Origin: the human T2T-CHM13v2.0 reference genome, Homo sapiens
Reading direction: 5' to 3' (one strand)
DNA: 64,000 nucleotides
Assembly: GCF_009914755.1 (NCBI RefSeq)
Contig: NC_060933.1
A model generated the notes under the pieces. That model was not told the origin of the DNA. It ran no database searches and worked only from the letters and a program-made list of their open reading frames with translations. Both the position numbers and the translations under genes were made by a program. Each line of letters starts with the position of its first letter. The stretch's first letter is position 1. Shown here piece by piece: positions 15,216 through 30,947 of the stretch.

Positions 15216-15749
15216 CTAAAAGAAAAAAAAAGAATTTATTTACTATATGTGACACAAATGGAAAAGATTTAATAACAATATTAGGTAAATACAACAAAAA
15301 AATCAGTGGGCTATGATTACTGTTGGGTTTAGTTTTCTGACAATGAAATAAGAGTTACCAAAGAGAAAAATTGTGAGAGGAAAGAAAAAAAAAGGAAGAT
15401 TTGGAGCAGCTATCAATCCCAAGTAAACCGTGTAAGATGGTTTACAAAAAACACTGGCTGCTAATTTGAACAGGCAAACTTGGGACCTGCCTGTATTCCT
15501 TGCTACCTATGTCCCTTGAAAGTCCACCTCTGCTTGAGTTTTGATTTCTTTCTCTGTAAAATGATGGAGAACTATGCTTACCTAAGAGTTGTAAATGCAC
15601 CTTGAAAATCATAAAGTCCTATCTATGTTAATTGCCTCCAAGAAAGGGGAAAAGAGTAACTGGTTTTAGACATGACACCCACAATCACGTGATCTCAGGC
15701 ATCAGTTTCCAAGACCATGTAATTGGCTCAGGCTACAGAGGAGACTCAC

Positions 15750-15885
15750 CTTATGCCCTGGCACTTCTGTCCCTGGCACAGCTTTCATATGGAAATCCAC
15801 TCCTCCTGTCTTTTCTAACAAGTTGGCGTTACCTGTTGTTGATTCTTCTTTCTTAGCTTTTGCTGCTTCTCTCTCTTGGGCCAAT
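15750..15885 (-). CDS. NOL8: NOL8 coding exon 4
   Basis: AG/GTGAG flanked, 136 nt, LAQEREAAKAKKEESTTGNANLLEKTGGVDFHMKAVPGTEVPGHK (overlaps ORF 15702..15884). Confidence 0.95.
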
Positions 15886-16499
15886 CTGAATCAAAAAGAA
15901 AATACAAATAAAAGAGTCAAAATAATCAGCCACGTAAAATGGTTATTTCACTTTAGGTGTGCCTAAATGAGCACTATAAACAGCTTTGTAGTATTAAAAA
16001 CCAAAATAAAACAAAAATGCTTTCTTAGTAGCATAATAGCTTACCTACTTATCTGAACATACAATGTTTTTATTATAGAATACTGGAAGACAGAACCGTT
16101 AAGAAAACAAAACATATTCCTTATCCCTCATCTTGTTAATATTTTGTTTACTTAACTTCATCTTTGTTCTGTATGTAAATATACATATTTTATAATGTAA
16201 TCCAAATATCATAAGCACAGTTGGGTACACTTCATTTATCAACTTATACGTTCTTTGAAAACATCACTATGATTGCTGTACAACATGCCTTTCCATCAAT
16301 CTACTGTAGTTTATTGACCAGTCCCTTACCACCAGCAACTGAGCTATACGGTTGGACAGCAGTGACAAGCTGTGCTGTCAGGGCTGTCCCACCAGAGCAT
16401 GAGGGTTCTTTTCTTAGCCCATCCACTACACTACAGTCAGTCTCCCAAATCCCTGACATGCACGCTTATACCTGTGCTCTGCTCCAGTGGATGTCCCAG

Positions 16500-16922
16500 T
16501 TCCCCTTTATGGAAGACCAAGACCATGGATCGCAAGTTCTCTCAATTTTCCCCTTTCAATTTATATACGTTTGGCATTTTATATTATCTTCTCTCCATTC
16601 ACTCTTCCCCATGACGAAGGTATCTTTCGGAGCCCAATTTGTTAGGTCTTGATTATCCATATCCTCCTAATGAAGAGAATGCCACCTCTTCTGATTCAAA
16701 TCACCGCCACCTTCTTCAGGCCTGGACAACTGCACAGAGCAGTCCTCACTGGCCTCTTTGCCTCTGGTCTGTCTCCTTTATGTCCCAGAATAACCATCAG
16801 ACCCATGCTTCTCAGGCATATCCACGCAGATACTCCAAGCAGCAGCACTGTGTGCTCAACCTGCTCAGCATGGGGCTCTAGTGCCTGTACACAGTAGGCT
16901 GGCAACTGCTGCTGGAATGAAA
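16500..16922 (+). mobile_element. L2 3' fragment
   Basis: Ends ..AGTGCCTGTACACAGTAGGC..GGAATGAA, typical L2 tail. Confidence 0.55.
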
Positions 16923-17124
16923 GGTATATAACCACCCTGTTCACAGTCCTAGGCTTCAGCTGAAGAACAAAATCAAATTCTCACCTTTTTCATAAGGCCA
17001 GTCCCCCAAAACATGCCTCAAAGTAGGTTGCTTGCCACTCGTTTTAGAATATATCTGTTCTTGTTACATTTCATTGGTCTGGAACAAGCTTATCAACTCT
17101 CCTGGTCATTCTACCTGTATATTC

Positions 17125-17451
<327 letters not shown>

Positions 17452-18196
17452 TAAATTGTTTCCTATTTTGAAAACTCCCCAACAATACCTTTTCTTCCTG
17501 AAAATACCTTTAGGATTTTAAAAGCTCTAATGGTTTTTATAATACATTGTCTTGCTCTTAAATCACTTGCATAATCACTCTTATGCCTGTCATACAGTGA
17601 TCTCCTATTTCCTTTATATTTTGGTATGACACTAGCATTAACAGTCAAAATCAACATATGCAATTTAGTAGTCTACTAAAATTTAAATGCAGACAATGCT
17701 AAGATTCAGCAACTCCATTTTCTGATATAAACTGAGAGAAACACCTGCATATACATAGGATATGTGCTCCAGGATCATCTATGACCATGAAAAAGTAGAA
17801 ACAGTCATCAGTGGGAAGGGACCACTACATTGTGGTATAACCATTTTCTGAAATACTACTAACAATTGTTATAAAGGGAGAAGATCTACATTGCCACAAA
17901 AGGGTGTGTTAACAAAGAGAAAATAAGTACATATATGCTTTTATAGCTCATTAACAGAGAAAATAAGTACATATATACTTTTATAGCTTATTACATACAT
18001 ACGTAAATGCATGAAATTATCCTTTTTGTTCGTCTGGGGTGAAGGGGATTCAGAGTTGAAAGGGATTTCAGCTCTACTTATATGTTTGAATTTGTTAAGA
18101 ATATAATACTATATTACTTGATAATTTGAAATAATATATAAAACCACTTACAATATAAAAAAAATAGGGCTTAAATCCATGTGGAGCAAAACTTAC

Positions 18197-18275
18197 CTGT
18201 GCAGAAAGCTTTCTTTTGCTAGTTGAATTTGTAATGTTCCACCTTTCCATTTTGTTTTATTTAAAACAGACATAC
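18197..18275 (-). CDS. NOL8: NOL8 coding exon 3 (end of RRM)
   Basis: AG/GTAAG flanked, 79 nt, (C)MSVLNKTKWKGGTLQIQLAKESFLH(R). Confidence 0.95.
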
Positions 18276-18886
18276 CTATAAAGTAAAGAATTATTACAAG
18301 TACATGGCAATGTAAAAATATATTTCAGCTTGTGCTTTTTCTAATTATTTAGTATCAAGAAAAGCAGGCTTGTTTATCACAAAGAGATCCAGGGGAAGTG
18401 GAAGAAAAGAAATGAGACCTGGAGAGAGGGAGCCTAGGCTCTTGTTTCATCTTGACAACTTACCAAAAGAGTCTTTACACTCCCTATCTCACAGTGTTAC
18501 TAGATTGGAATGAGGCAAAATGTGTAAAAAGTAAAGCAAAATTTATTTGCAATTTGTTTGTAAACAAATGTCAGGAACCTCTGAATAACTGATATTTAAT
18601 GTATATTTTATTGTTATTTCCTGTAACTATAAAACATATATTTCCTGTAACTATAAAACAATCATCTTTTCAGGTGAATCAGAGGACACTCTGGAATCCT
18701 ACAGCACCTTAATTTTATTTATCACCTCATACTAATTATCACTGTAGAACTTGCAGATGAATTAACTATGAGTGACTGAACTGTTTGAATTACTATGCCG
18801 TAGTAATTGATTTCTCTGAGCATCTGCCGTCAGCTTCCTTAATAATACCATTAACAGAATTTTGTAGGTGGTAGATACTGTACTAA

Positions 18887-19192
<306 letters not shown>

Positions 19193-19969
19193 TGAGGCAA
19201 GCACTATCTTTTGTCATTCATCACATAAGCAAACTTGGGCTGAGAAGTTTAAGTAACTTGCCACAGGTCACAAAGCCTAGTTGATGTATTCTTAACCACA
19301 ACTTCACATTTATCACATATATTCCTCAATGTAAAATAGAATAAAGCAATCTTTTCGCAAATGAAATTACAAAAGACTGATTGCCCTCTTCCTCTATTAG
19401 CGTGTTCCCTTTACTTATTTTCCGTGTCTTTTTTCACTTTTTGGCCTCCAAATAACTAGAATATGTTACTGTGTCAGCGGCAGTATGGATTATCTCCCAT
19501 TCTTCATTGAAGGCCACTGTTTGCCCTTGACTTTACTAAACTTATCAACAAGAGATTTCACAATTTCAAGGATACGGTCTTACAAGGGTGTATTTTAAAG
19601 CCCCCTCAAGAGTGTTTAGTGACAAGGATTAGCTGTCAAAGAAATGATCAGACTGAGGGGGAATGTGGCATGATATTCAGTGGGATATATGTAACAGGCA
19701 GTTTCTATGAAAGTTTGGTCCCTTGTCCAAAATATTTGAGAATAGCAGTTTTAAGTAAACCCACCAGTAAAGTGCTACCATGTCTGCTGATGCCAAATGG
19801 AATGGACCTAAACCTGCTGAGTTATACGATACTGGAATTCTCTTCATCACTGCTGTCCCTCTGGATAACGTGAAAAATGGCTGTGGAGGTTTAGATTTAG
19901 AACCAGTTATTCCAAGTTACAGAGTCATACAAACTGGCAAACAGTATAGAAAATATATGATGATCTTAC

Positions 19970-20032
19970 ATTTTTTCAGGTCCGCTTCTGCTACACTGAT
20001 GTTGATATATGCAAAAACTTTCTGTGGGTTTC
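19970..20032 (-). CDS. NOL8: NOL8 coding exon 2 (RRM)
   Basis: AG/GT flanked, 63 nt, (G)NPQKVFAYINISVAEADLKK(C), in frame with both neighbours. Confidence 0.95.
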
Positions 20033-20551
20033 CTAAAAAACAAACAAACAAACAAACAAAACAATTTATTTAAATTCTTATCCAGAGAGCAATGTAAAAA
20101 CGGTTGTTTCTAAATTAAAAAAAAAAATAGCTCTTGAAAACTTATTATTTCAAAGATAAACCTTGTTTTTTATTGGCTATAAAAATAAGCATAATTATCA
20201 AAATATTCCAAAAAAAAAAAGAAGAAAATGTCCAGTAGTCAGATAAGGAAACATTTTGATTGTATGCTAGTGATAGTCTACTTAACGGGACACTTAATCC
20301 ATGTTAGAAAATTCTAGTTCTCAAAACTGGAAGTTAATATGTTTCTGAAATCAGATGTTTTAGAATTTGGAATTTTTTCTTATTTCAGAAACAAATTCTG
20401 GTCAAGTTCCACATCACACATTATACCTCCACAACATCACTTAAAACTTTTGGTGTTCAGAGCTAACATTTATCTTGGGGTTGTTTTATTTTCTAGCACT
20501 TAACCTGAGTTATGTCTGCCTATAACTGCCCAGTGAAGGACCATAAATTAC

Positions 20552-20690
20552 CTTGGTCATCTTTCCGTGTGATGATCTCCACATCCGAAACTTCTCCAAA
20601 TCTGCTGAACTGATTTTGTAGGTCTGCCTCAGAAATGTCCTGGCTAAGGCCACCCACATAAAGGCGCTTCGTTTCTCTGTTCACTTTCAT
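20552..20690 (-). CDS. NOL8: NOL8 first coding exon (exon spans 20552-20738 including 5'UTR); RRM N-terminus
   Basis: ATG at 20690-20688; translates MKVNRETKRLYVGGLSQDISEADLQNQFSRFGEVSDVEIITRKDDQ(G) with RNP2-like LYVGGL; acceptor AG 20740-20739, donor GTAAT at 20551; 139 nt, ends phase 1. Confidence 0.96.
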
Positions 20691-21834
20691 GAAGGCTGGG
20701 CATATACTTGGGTGTGTTTCAGTGGGAAAAGTAATTTTCTGTATACAGAGAAGAGTTCTTTCCCTTAGTTCTTCTAAAATCTAACAAAACAACTACTTCC
20801 TCTGAACCTTCTGTATCAAATCCGTCTCCTGGATCTGTATTTCACTTCCTATTGTATTACTTCCAAATTTTAGTCTTCGAGGTTTTGCCCAAGCCCTACA
20901 TCCACATCTTTCATGAATGCACTTTGGAACAGCAACCCCATACCCATATAGACACAGGTACAGACAGAGTTTTTTTCCTCCAAATGGCCATAATATTACA
21001 CTCTATCCCTCTTAATTTTATGTATTCATGTTTTTAGATGTTTTTCCTTGACTCACTCATACATTCATTTACTGTCTTTAACAAAGTCTGACAGAAACAG
21101 GATGTAACGCACTAAAAGATAAAAAGAGCTAGCCTACCTCTTCCTAATTGTCTCCACCCCCAACCTACCCACCCCAGCCTTCTTCCTCCTAGAAGACCCA
21201 AAGAAGTGAATAGAGAGGCTAGGAGCTCCTTATAGTCACAAAAGAATAAAACAAATGGCACAATATTATGTCACAATAAAAGTGCTGCAAAGTGGGGTTC
21301 AGACACAAAGATCAAGGGATATAGCGAATACAGACTTGTGTTTTTGCTATGTGCCTGCATTGTACAAAGTAGTTTGCATGTTTCCCATTTTTCAGGAGAG
21401 CAGAAGAGGTTAAGTCACTTCCTCAATGCCATACCGAAAATTAGTGAATCCAGGATTATAATGCAGGTCTACCTTCAGAACTTGGAATTCTTAACACTAT
21501 ACTATGAAGGTTGCTGTATCACAGGGGACTCAGGAAAACTTTTCCAGAGGTACTAGGGCCCATCATAGTATCTCTCATTTCGTTTAGCACCCGGCAGGCG
21601 CTCAGCTCTCGCCCTTCCCTTCCCCAAGAGCTGACAGACTCTTTCCAGAAGAGACTCCCAACCAGCGTCCACCACATGGCGTGTATTCTGGGCAGAACTT
21701 CGGCCTACCTCTTCCCGATAGTCTCCGCCCCCAGCCTACCCACGGCAGCCTTCTTTCTCTGAGAAGACCCAAAGAAGTGAAGAGAGACTAGGAAACGGCC
21801 CTGTGACTTCTCATGCCCGAAACCCACTCCTCAC

Positions 21835-21890
21835 CACGTCGTTCACCTAAAGCCAGCGCCGCTGCAGCCCCTAACTTCTGGTCACGTGTC
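21835..21890 (-). other. NOL8: Probable NOL8 non-coding first exon (5' boundary uncertain)
   Basis: GTG|GTGAGG donor at 21834 inside the CpG island, upstream of the acceptor at 20739; TSS not determinable from sequence. Confidence 0.55.
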
Positions 21891-22527
21891 CCAACGGAGC
21901 ATCCTCTCTTCCTTCCTACTCGATTTCCAACCCAGCCTCCTAAGGTTCCGTTACCACAATTCAGTTCCCAAGAGCTTTTAATTTCCTTTTCCGTCCTCCC
22001 ACCTTCCCTGACGCCTCCGTCACCTCCCCCTCAACGACTGCAAAAGAGCCTAAACCAAAATCCCCTAGTTTCTATTGAACACTATCGCTGTGTGTACCAA
22101 TTCCTGGACTAGGTCGGCGTAAGAGAGGAAGTAGGTGAAAAAAATAAAGAGGCGCTCCCCTCCACGTGATCCCAGCCCTGCCTCTTTAGTGAGGCACGCG
22201 GCCGGGCGGCTCCAAGGCTGCCGGCTAGGGTGAGCAGCGGAGCGCTTGGGCTTGGAGTAGCAAAGAACGCGCTCTCCAGAGAAAGTATAGCCACTGCTTA
22301 GACAGCCAGGGAAACGTGTGCGGGGAAGTGGAGGACTCAGGCTCTCGTGCGAGAGCGGAGTTGGACGTGCAGGGCCGCTGGGGTCACGCGGAGCTCTCCC
22401 GCCTCCCCTCCGCGTGAGCTCTGGGATGGTCCGCGCCGGGAGCGCGCGCGAGGCTTGAAGCGCGGGTGAAGCGCGCAGGTCGGAGTGACAGCTGCGCTGC
22501 CGGCCCGGCTGCGGTCAGCAACGCGCC

Positions 22528-22634
22528 ATGGACGCAGAGCTGGCAGAGGTGCGCGCCTTGCAAGCTGAGATCGCGGCCCTGCGGCGAGCGTGTGAGGACC
22601 CACCGGCGCCCTGGGAAGAGAAGTCCCGAGTCCA
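22528..22634 (+). CDS. CENPP: CENPP exon 1 coding part (centromere protein P)
   Basis: gccATGG Kozak; MDAELAEVRALQAEIAALRRACEDPPAPWEEKSRV(Q); donor GTACGT at 22635. Confidence 0.96.
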
Positions 22635-23119
22635 GTACGTGACCACCCCAAGTCCCCCAGGGCCCGCTGGCCAGGGTTCCCGGGCCAGGCGGGTGAATCT
22701 CCACAGACATCCTCGGTCTCCTACTCCCAGCCCTAGAAAGTGGGCATGAACTGGCATTGATCCTGTCATGACGATGGCCTAGAGTTGGGAGCAGCGCGTA
22801 CGGCGCCCAGCTGTAAACGCATTGCAGGGTATTAACTCGTTTAATCGCAGTCGTCTGTGTGGATGACTGACAAGGAGGAAGTCTTGACTATATCCCTAGC
22901 TAGATAATTCCGCCTCCAGTATGCAGAAGTATCTCTAGTTGGGATTTAATAACTCCGTTTGGTTTCATGGCATTTGTTTTGGTAGGTCAGCTAACCATCT
23001 CAACTGATAATGACTTTGTGTTTACGATGACATAAAAATTCCTTTGAAAAATAACTTCGGTAAAAAACTAAGTTGATAAAAGAAAAGTAGTTAATATAGA
23101 CTGCAGGAGAATTTGACAT

Positions 23120-23270
23120 TCCTCTGAGGTAGGTGCTACTGTTAGCCCTGTTTTATAGTTGAAGAAACTGAGGCTCAGAGAAGTTAGGTAGCTTGTCCAA
23201 GGTTCCAGAGAAAGGAATTGTCAGAGATGGATTGGGACCCAAAAATTTTACTCCAAAGTCTGGGCACTTT
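23120..23270. mobile_element. MIR
   Basis: GAAGAAACTGAGGCTCAGAGAAGTTAGGTAGCTTGTCCAAGG core. Confidence 0.75.
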
Positions 23271-23784
23271 TGGTTTATTGAAGGAGAGGGAGAGAAAAGC
23301 TCTGCAACCGTAATTATGTATTATCATCTCAAACATAGAAGCCTCTCGAAAACATAAACTGTCTTCAATTTTTGAGTCAAGAGTAATTTGACATAGGTGC
23401 AGAAAGAATGGGATTTTTCCTGAGCTAACTGGAGAAGAATTGGTAGAAAATGGGAAGGAGGAGATCTACAGAAAATGTCTGCGTGCGGTCATGAAAGTAG
23501 AGGAAGCTGTGACTGGTTAAAGGGAGAGGAAAAAGGTGTGCTCCTCCACAAATGAGAGTAAATGTATTAAAGACCCTTGCTATTTGAGGTGTGCTCCACA
23601 GATGGGACGCTTTAGCATTACCTGGCGGTTTGTTAGAGCGACATCCTGACCTACTGAATCAGAATCTGCATTTTAAAAAAATACACTGCCCTAACAGAGG
23701 ATTTGTGTGCACACTTGGAAGTTTAAGAACCAGGGAAAAATAGTTTCTTTACTGGCCACAAGATTTCATTAGTCCCCATAGTAG

Positions 23785-24672
23785 TGTCAACTGAAAAATC
23801 ATGAGATCTGCAAATTTAGAGAGACTATTTCTTAAAAAGGGTTACAGTCTGCAAAGTGGCCATCCTGACAGGCTAGGAAGCATAGTCTCAGGCAAAGCAG
23901 AAAGGCCCACACTTTGGAGGAGGAGGGGTTGGGGCAGGGATTTATGCTGTATGAGTGGGCTAGGTATACATATTCAACAGGTTATAGGAGGGGCTATGAA
24001 TATTCACGAAGGGAGATGTGCTCACCTGTACTGAATAAAAATGCATATTACATGCACTCCATATTCATTTTGGGAAGCTGACTTAATATTTAAATGCATT
24101 ACAATTAGGCCCTGTACGTCAAAAGTTGAAGGAGGGAAGCAAAGGTACTTAAGTACACAGGCCTTGTAAACCTGTTAGAACAAGTCCATGGTTGGTGATC
24201 TTATCAAAAGAAAATTTTTGAAATCATTCTCTTGTCCTATCAAAGCCTGTGGAACAGGGGAATCAGTTAGCATCTGGTGGTGGATGAACTGCAATTATTT
24301 CAATATTGCTTATCTGGAGGCCAGTGCTAGTGAAAAAAATATTGTGGCAGTTAGAACATAGTTCATTCTTTTAAAGGTAGGGGGTATGTGACTTAACCCT
24401 TGCCTGGCATGGCCTTAGGTCTTGTTTATAATTTGGTATCTTATTGCCACAGAGTCCGTTCTGCAACTCTTACGATCTCTATTTTAACATTAATGCTGGT
24501 CAGTTGTTGTGTCTACATCCCAAATAGGAAGGGGTATAACGAGGTGTGTCTGACCTCCCATCCTGTCATGGTTAAGAACTGAGTTTTTAAGGTTTCTTTG
24601 GGGTCCCCTTGACCAAGAGGGAGTCGGTTCAGGTGATTGTGGGGGTGGGGTAGGATTTTATTTTTAGTTCTT
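23785..24672 (-). mobile_element. ERV1-class solo LTR (MER39/MER34-like)
   Basis: Reverse terminus ..AAAAATAAAATCCTACCCC; MER4-group-like body; subfamily uncertain. Confidence 0.6.
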
Positions 24673-24904
24673 AGTAGATTATTTATATAATCTGGGACTT
24701 CTCAGTGGTTAAATTGGAAAGTCAGAAGAGTCCAGATTGTGGGAGACATTAAATGTCAGTCCAGGGTGTTTGGATTTAACCGTGAGGTTTCTTTTCACTA
24801 TAGTGGAGGAGGAGGATTGGAACCTATGTACCAAGCTATTTTTTTAAGTGATTATAAGTGGTTGGATGGATTGGAGGTAGGAAAATTGGAGCTAAATTAT
24901 TCAG

Positions 24905-25130
24905 CTATATCCATATGTCCACACTGTGGAGCCAAATTGCCTGCTTTCAAATCCTGTCTCTGCTATTGGCTGAGTGATCTTGGTTAAGTGAGCTCCCCCT
25001 TTCTGTGCTTCAGTTTCCTCCGTGGTAAAATTATACCCAAGTTTTTGGGTTGCTGTGAGGACTAATTGAGTTAATATATGTAGTTCATTTAGAAGAGTAC
25101 TTGCCTCATAATAGTAACTAACACTCATTA
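24905..25130. mobile_element. MIR
   Basis: TTCAAATCCTG..TGATCTTGG..TCAGTTTCCTC..GTAAAA..TTGCTGTGAGGACTAA. Confidence 0.7.
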
Positions 25131-25659
25131 GTAGACCATTGACCTTTAAACTCGTGTACAGATTGATTTTAAAGGAAAAAAAATTCTTGCAAGCTCCTAA
25201 TTCTGACAAAAAATTTTTATGTTATGAGGACAAACTTACAAATAATAAAACCACAAAGTGAATAAAATTCAAACAAATCCAAAATAGCTCAAACTAACAT
25301 CATTAGTTGAAATACACAAATATTTTGCTCAAACTAAATAACTGCTATGAATAAGAATATGCAGATTTTCTTTTTGTGGCAAAATATACATAAGATTTAC
25401 TATTTTAACCATTTTTGAGCGTTCAGCTCAATGGCATTAAACACATGCACATTGTTGTACAGCCATCACCACTGTCCATCTTCAGAACTTTTTCATCACC
25501 CCTAAACTGAAACACCATACCTATTAAACACGAACTCCCTACTAGCCACTCTGACAACTGCAGGTTCTTTTTTGAGTTCTGCATATCCAGCCTTTAATGA
25601 TGACTTGGTTCTCTTACCACTTTGCTCTATCGGAAATACCTTGAAATTTTCCTTCATAG

Positions 25660-26368
<709 letters not shown>

Positions 26369-27167
26369 TCTGTTCTTTTTTCCTTGACTTCTATATTTAA
26401 TGTAATTTGTAGGGGCATCAGTCTATGATGGCAAATGCAAAAGAAGCTGTGGTAGTTTCATGATACAGAATATACTTATATTAACATTTTAAATTAGCAT
26501 TAAAACAAAATTTGAGACAAATTTTACAGACTTTATTAAGTCTTGGATTCTCAGTGTGAAGAATATAGAGTTAGATTATTCTGTGTAGAGATGGTATAAG
26601 GTCATAAGAGCATTGGTTAATGTAGTAGAATTAGAAATACAAAAGGAAGAATAGTTATGTGAGGGAGCAGAACGGATGGCAGTAAGTCCAGATGTCAGGC
26701 AAGTGAAGGAGTCAAGGATAACTTCCAAGGTATAGAGCCTGACATACCAAGGGAAATATTTTATTATTAACAAATGTAGGGTAATTTAGAGGAAAAGCAG
26801 ATTCCAAGAGAAACGATTTGGTGAGCTATCAAGCTAGATCTACCTTGCAGGAAGAAGAGATACATGGTTAGAGGTATATTTTAAGAGTTACTGGCATAGA
26901 GGAGCTAAGGCTAATCATTTAGTGTTCCTGCAGAATGAAAGAATACATATTTAGGATAGCAGAAGTAAGAGTGTTAGGGTTTTCCTCTAATGTTGGAGAC
27001 AAGAAGCTGACCCTAGATAGCAAATGAGAATTGGGATAATTATGCCCAAGAATCCAAGGAAGAGATGTTTTAAGCTGGCCGGAAAAGTCAACAGTATAGA
27101 ATGTAGCAGAGTGTTTAAAGGAAATAATGGATGACAAAAAAAAAATACCATCTAATACAATTATTAG

Positions 27168-28008
<841 letters not shown>

Positions 28009-28208
28009 TATTTTTTAATTTCAAGACATCTTTTAAAATAATTTGAGAGATATATCAGACATTTAGGCTGGAATTTCATGGGTCAGAACACACATTGTAA
28101 TTTTGCAAAGTAGTCCTGTTATAATTTATTTGAAAGGTGTTTCTAATATGTGGAAATTTGGAAGTATAATTTGGTTACATATGTTTTTTGTTGAAATTAA
28201 AGATTGTG

Positions 28209-28502
28209 GGCTGGGCATGGTGGATCACGCCTGTAATCCAGCACGCTGGGAGACTGAGGCGGGAGGATTGCTTGAAGTCAGGAGTTTAAGACCAGCCTAG
28301 GTAATAAAGCCAGACCTTGTCTCTATGAGAAGGAAAAAAAAATTAGCTAGGCACAGTGGCATACCTGTGGTCCCAGCTACTCAGGAGGATCCTTTGAGCC
28401 TGGGAGTTCAAGGCTGCAGTGCACTATGATTACACCACTGCACTCCAGGCTGGGTGACAGCGTAAGACCCTCATCTCTTAAAAAGGAAGAAAGAAAAAAA
28501 AA
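28209..28502 (+). mobile_element. AluJ
   Basis: Alu dimer. Confidence 0.85.
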
Positions 28503-28698
28503 GTGGTGGTGTTAGTAACCACACTGGTTTTGAGAAAATTCTTTTTAATTTTTTAATTTTTTTTATTTTAATGGGGGAAGGTGACTTAATTGGAAGAGAG
28601 TAAGAGGGACAAAATGGGAATGCTTTGAGGAAAATGGGGTTATTAGATGAAACACGTGTTAGTAATTGGAGTGATTATTTTTGATATTTGCCTTTTAG

Positions 28699-28880
28699 AA
28701 AATCTTTTCAAGCCATACACCAATTCAATTTGGAAGGATGGAAGTCTTCAAAAGATCTGAAAAATCAGCTTGGACATTTAGAATCAGAACTTTCATTTCT
28801 AAGTACGCTTACTGGCATCAATATAAGAAATCACTCCAAGCAGACAGAAGACCTAACAAGCACTGAGATGACAGAAAAGA
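28699..28880 (+). CDS. CENPP: CENPP exon 2
   Basis: TTTTAG/GTAAG flanked, 182 nt, KSFQAIHQFNLEGWKSSKDLKNQLGHLESELSFLSTLTGINIRNHSKQTEDLTSTEMTEK(S). Confidence 0.95.
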
Positions 28881-29055
28881 GTAAGCATTTTTTTTAAATC
28901 TAGACATAGTATGGAAGCTTACCTTATTATGCATAAGAAATTGGTTGTCATAATATTGAATTAAAATTCTACAAGGTAAGTATTTGAAAGTATGGTTGTG
29001 GTAAACTTGTTTACTCACATATCTTTTGAACATCACGGTGTTCAAAAAGCTGCCT

Positions 29056-29476
<421 letters not shown>

Positions 29477-30599
29477 TCAAGTAAATAGTAATAAGCGAAT
29501 AATGATTATAAGAACAACAGCACCATTAATTTATACATCTTAGGAGTTGTTCAGCACTGACATGAAAGCTGCCAAGATAAATATTTTAGCAGCTGGACCT
29601 TTTGCTGGAAGGAAGGTTTCTGGTCCCAATGACTAGATTTTATTGCCAAAGATCTGTGATGCACTAAGAGATAAAGGGAAGCTACTGCAGCTGTGCAACT
29701 GGATGTCAAGAACTTTGGTTGGTCAAGAATAACATTCCCAAAAGCAGAAATCATTTTTGGTGTGCTTTCTGACTTTTCCACTGAAAATTACCCTCATGAC
29801 AGGGGAGAGGGTCTTGGGCAGCCACTGCAGGGAGACTGAATTACATGTAGAAACAGAGTGATGGAATTTGGAGACTTAAATTACTTGAAAGGAAGAGATG
29901 GAATGCAGAGAGAATAGAGAATGAGGATAGGCCAGTTATAAGACTTTTACTAGCTTAAAAGCCGCAGCATGAAGATTAGGCGTAGAGTCTTGACAAAGCT
30001 AATGTGGTTTGAATGGGAGATTTCAGACAGGGACATCACAAGAGTTGAAATGCTTTTTTCCTGTGAGTAATATGTGCTCATTTTAGCAAACTTGGAAAAA
30101 TATAGAAATTATGAAGAAGAAATATCATTTTAAAGCCAGAAATCTAAGTAGTTATAGGAGTTTCTTGAAATTAATTGCAAGTAATTCAGCAAGAGTAATG
30201 GTACCGGAAGAGAAATATCTTGTTTTTTATTTTTTTGTTCTTTTTCCTTTGTTTTTTGTTTGTTTTATTTTTTCGAGATGGAGTTTTGCACTGTCACCCG
30301 GGCTGGAGTGCAGTGGCGTAATCAAAGAGCTTTTTGAAGTCATTATTGTTTTCCATAGCTATTAGTTGGGCAGACACAGTTTCTGTGGTGTGTTAATGAA
30401 TGTAGCTGAAGCTAGGTAATCAAATGATCTTGATTTCCTTCAAAATAATCATGTGAAGAATGTAGACTTTATTGCAGCTATGCTTTTATTTCTCCAAACA
30501 TTTTTTAGAACTTTCTTTTGGAATTTCCTTCAGTGCCTATGATGATTCTTTTAAATTCTCCATTTTGATTCTGTAAGAGTCGGTTTACAAACTAAGTAA

Positions 30600-30947
<348 letters not shown>

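Larger units (their letters stand above)
21590..22810. promoter_or_regulatory. CpG island / bidirectional promoter of NOL8 and CENPP
   Basis: High GC and CpG density between divergent genes; E-boxes CACGTG at 21883 and 22163, ETS-like GGAAGT near 22127 and 22324, CHR-like CTTGAA at 22454. Confidence 0.88.

Noticed and set aside
22337-22769. GC-rich minus-strand ORFs over the promoter
   Set aside because: Expected from stop-codon scarcity in a CpG island; no recognisable protein.
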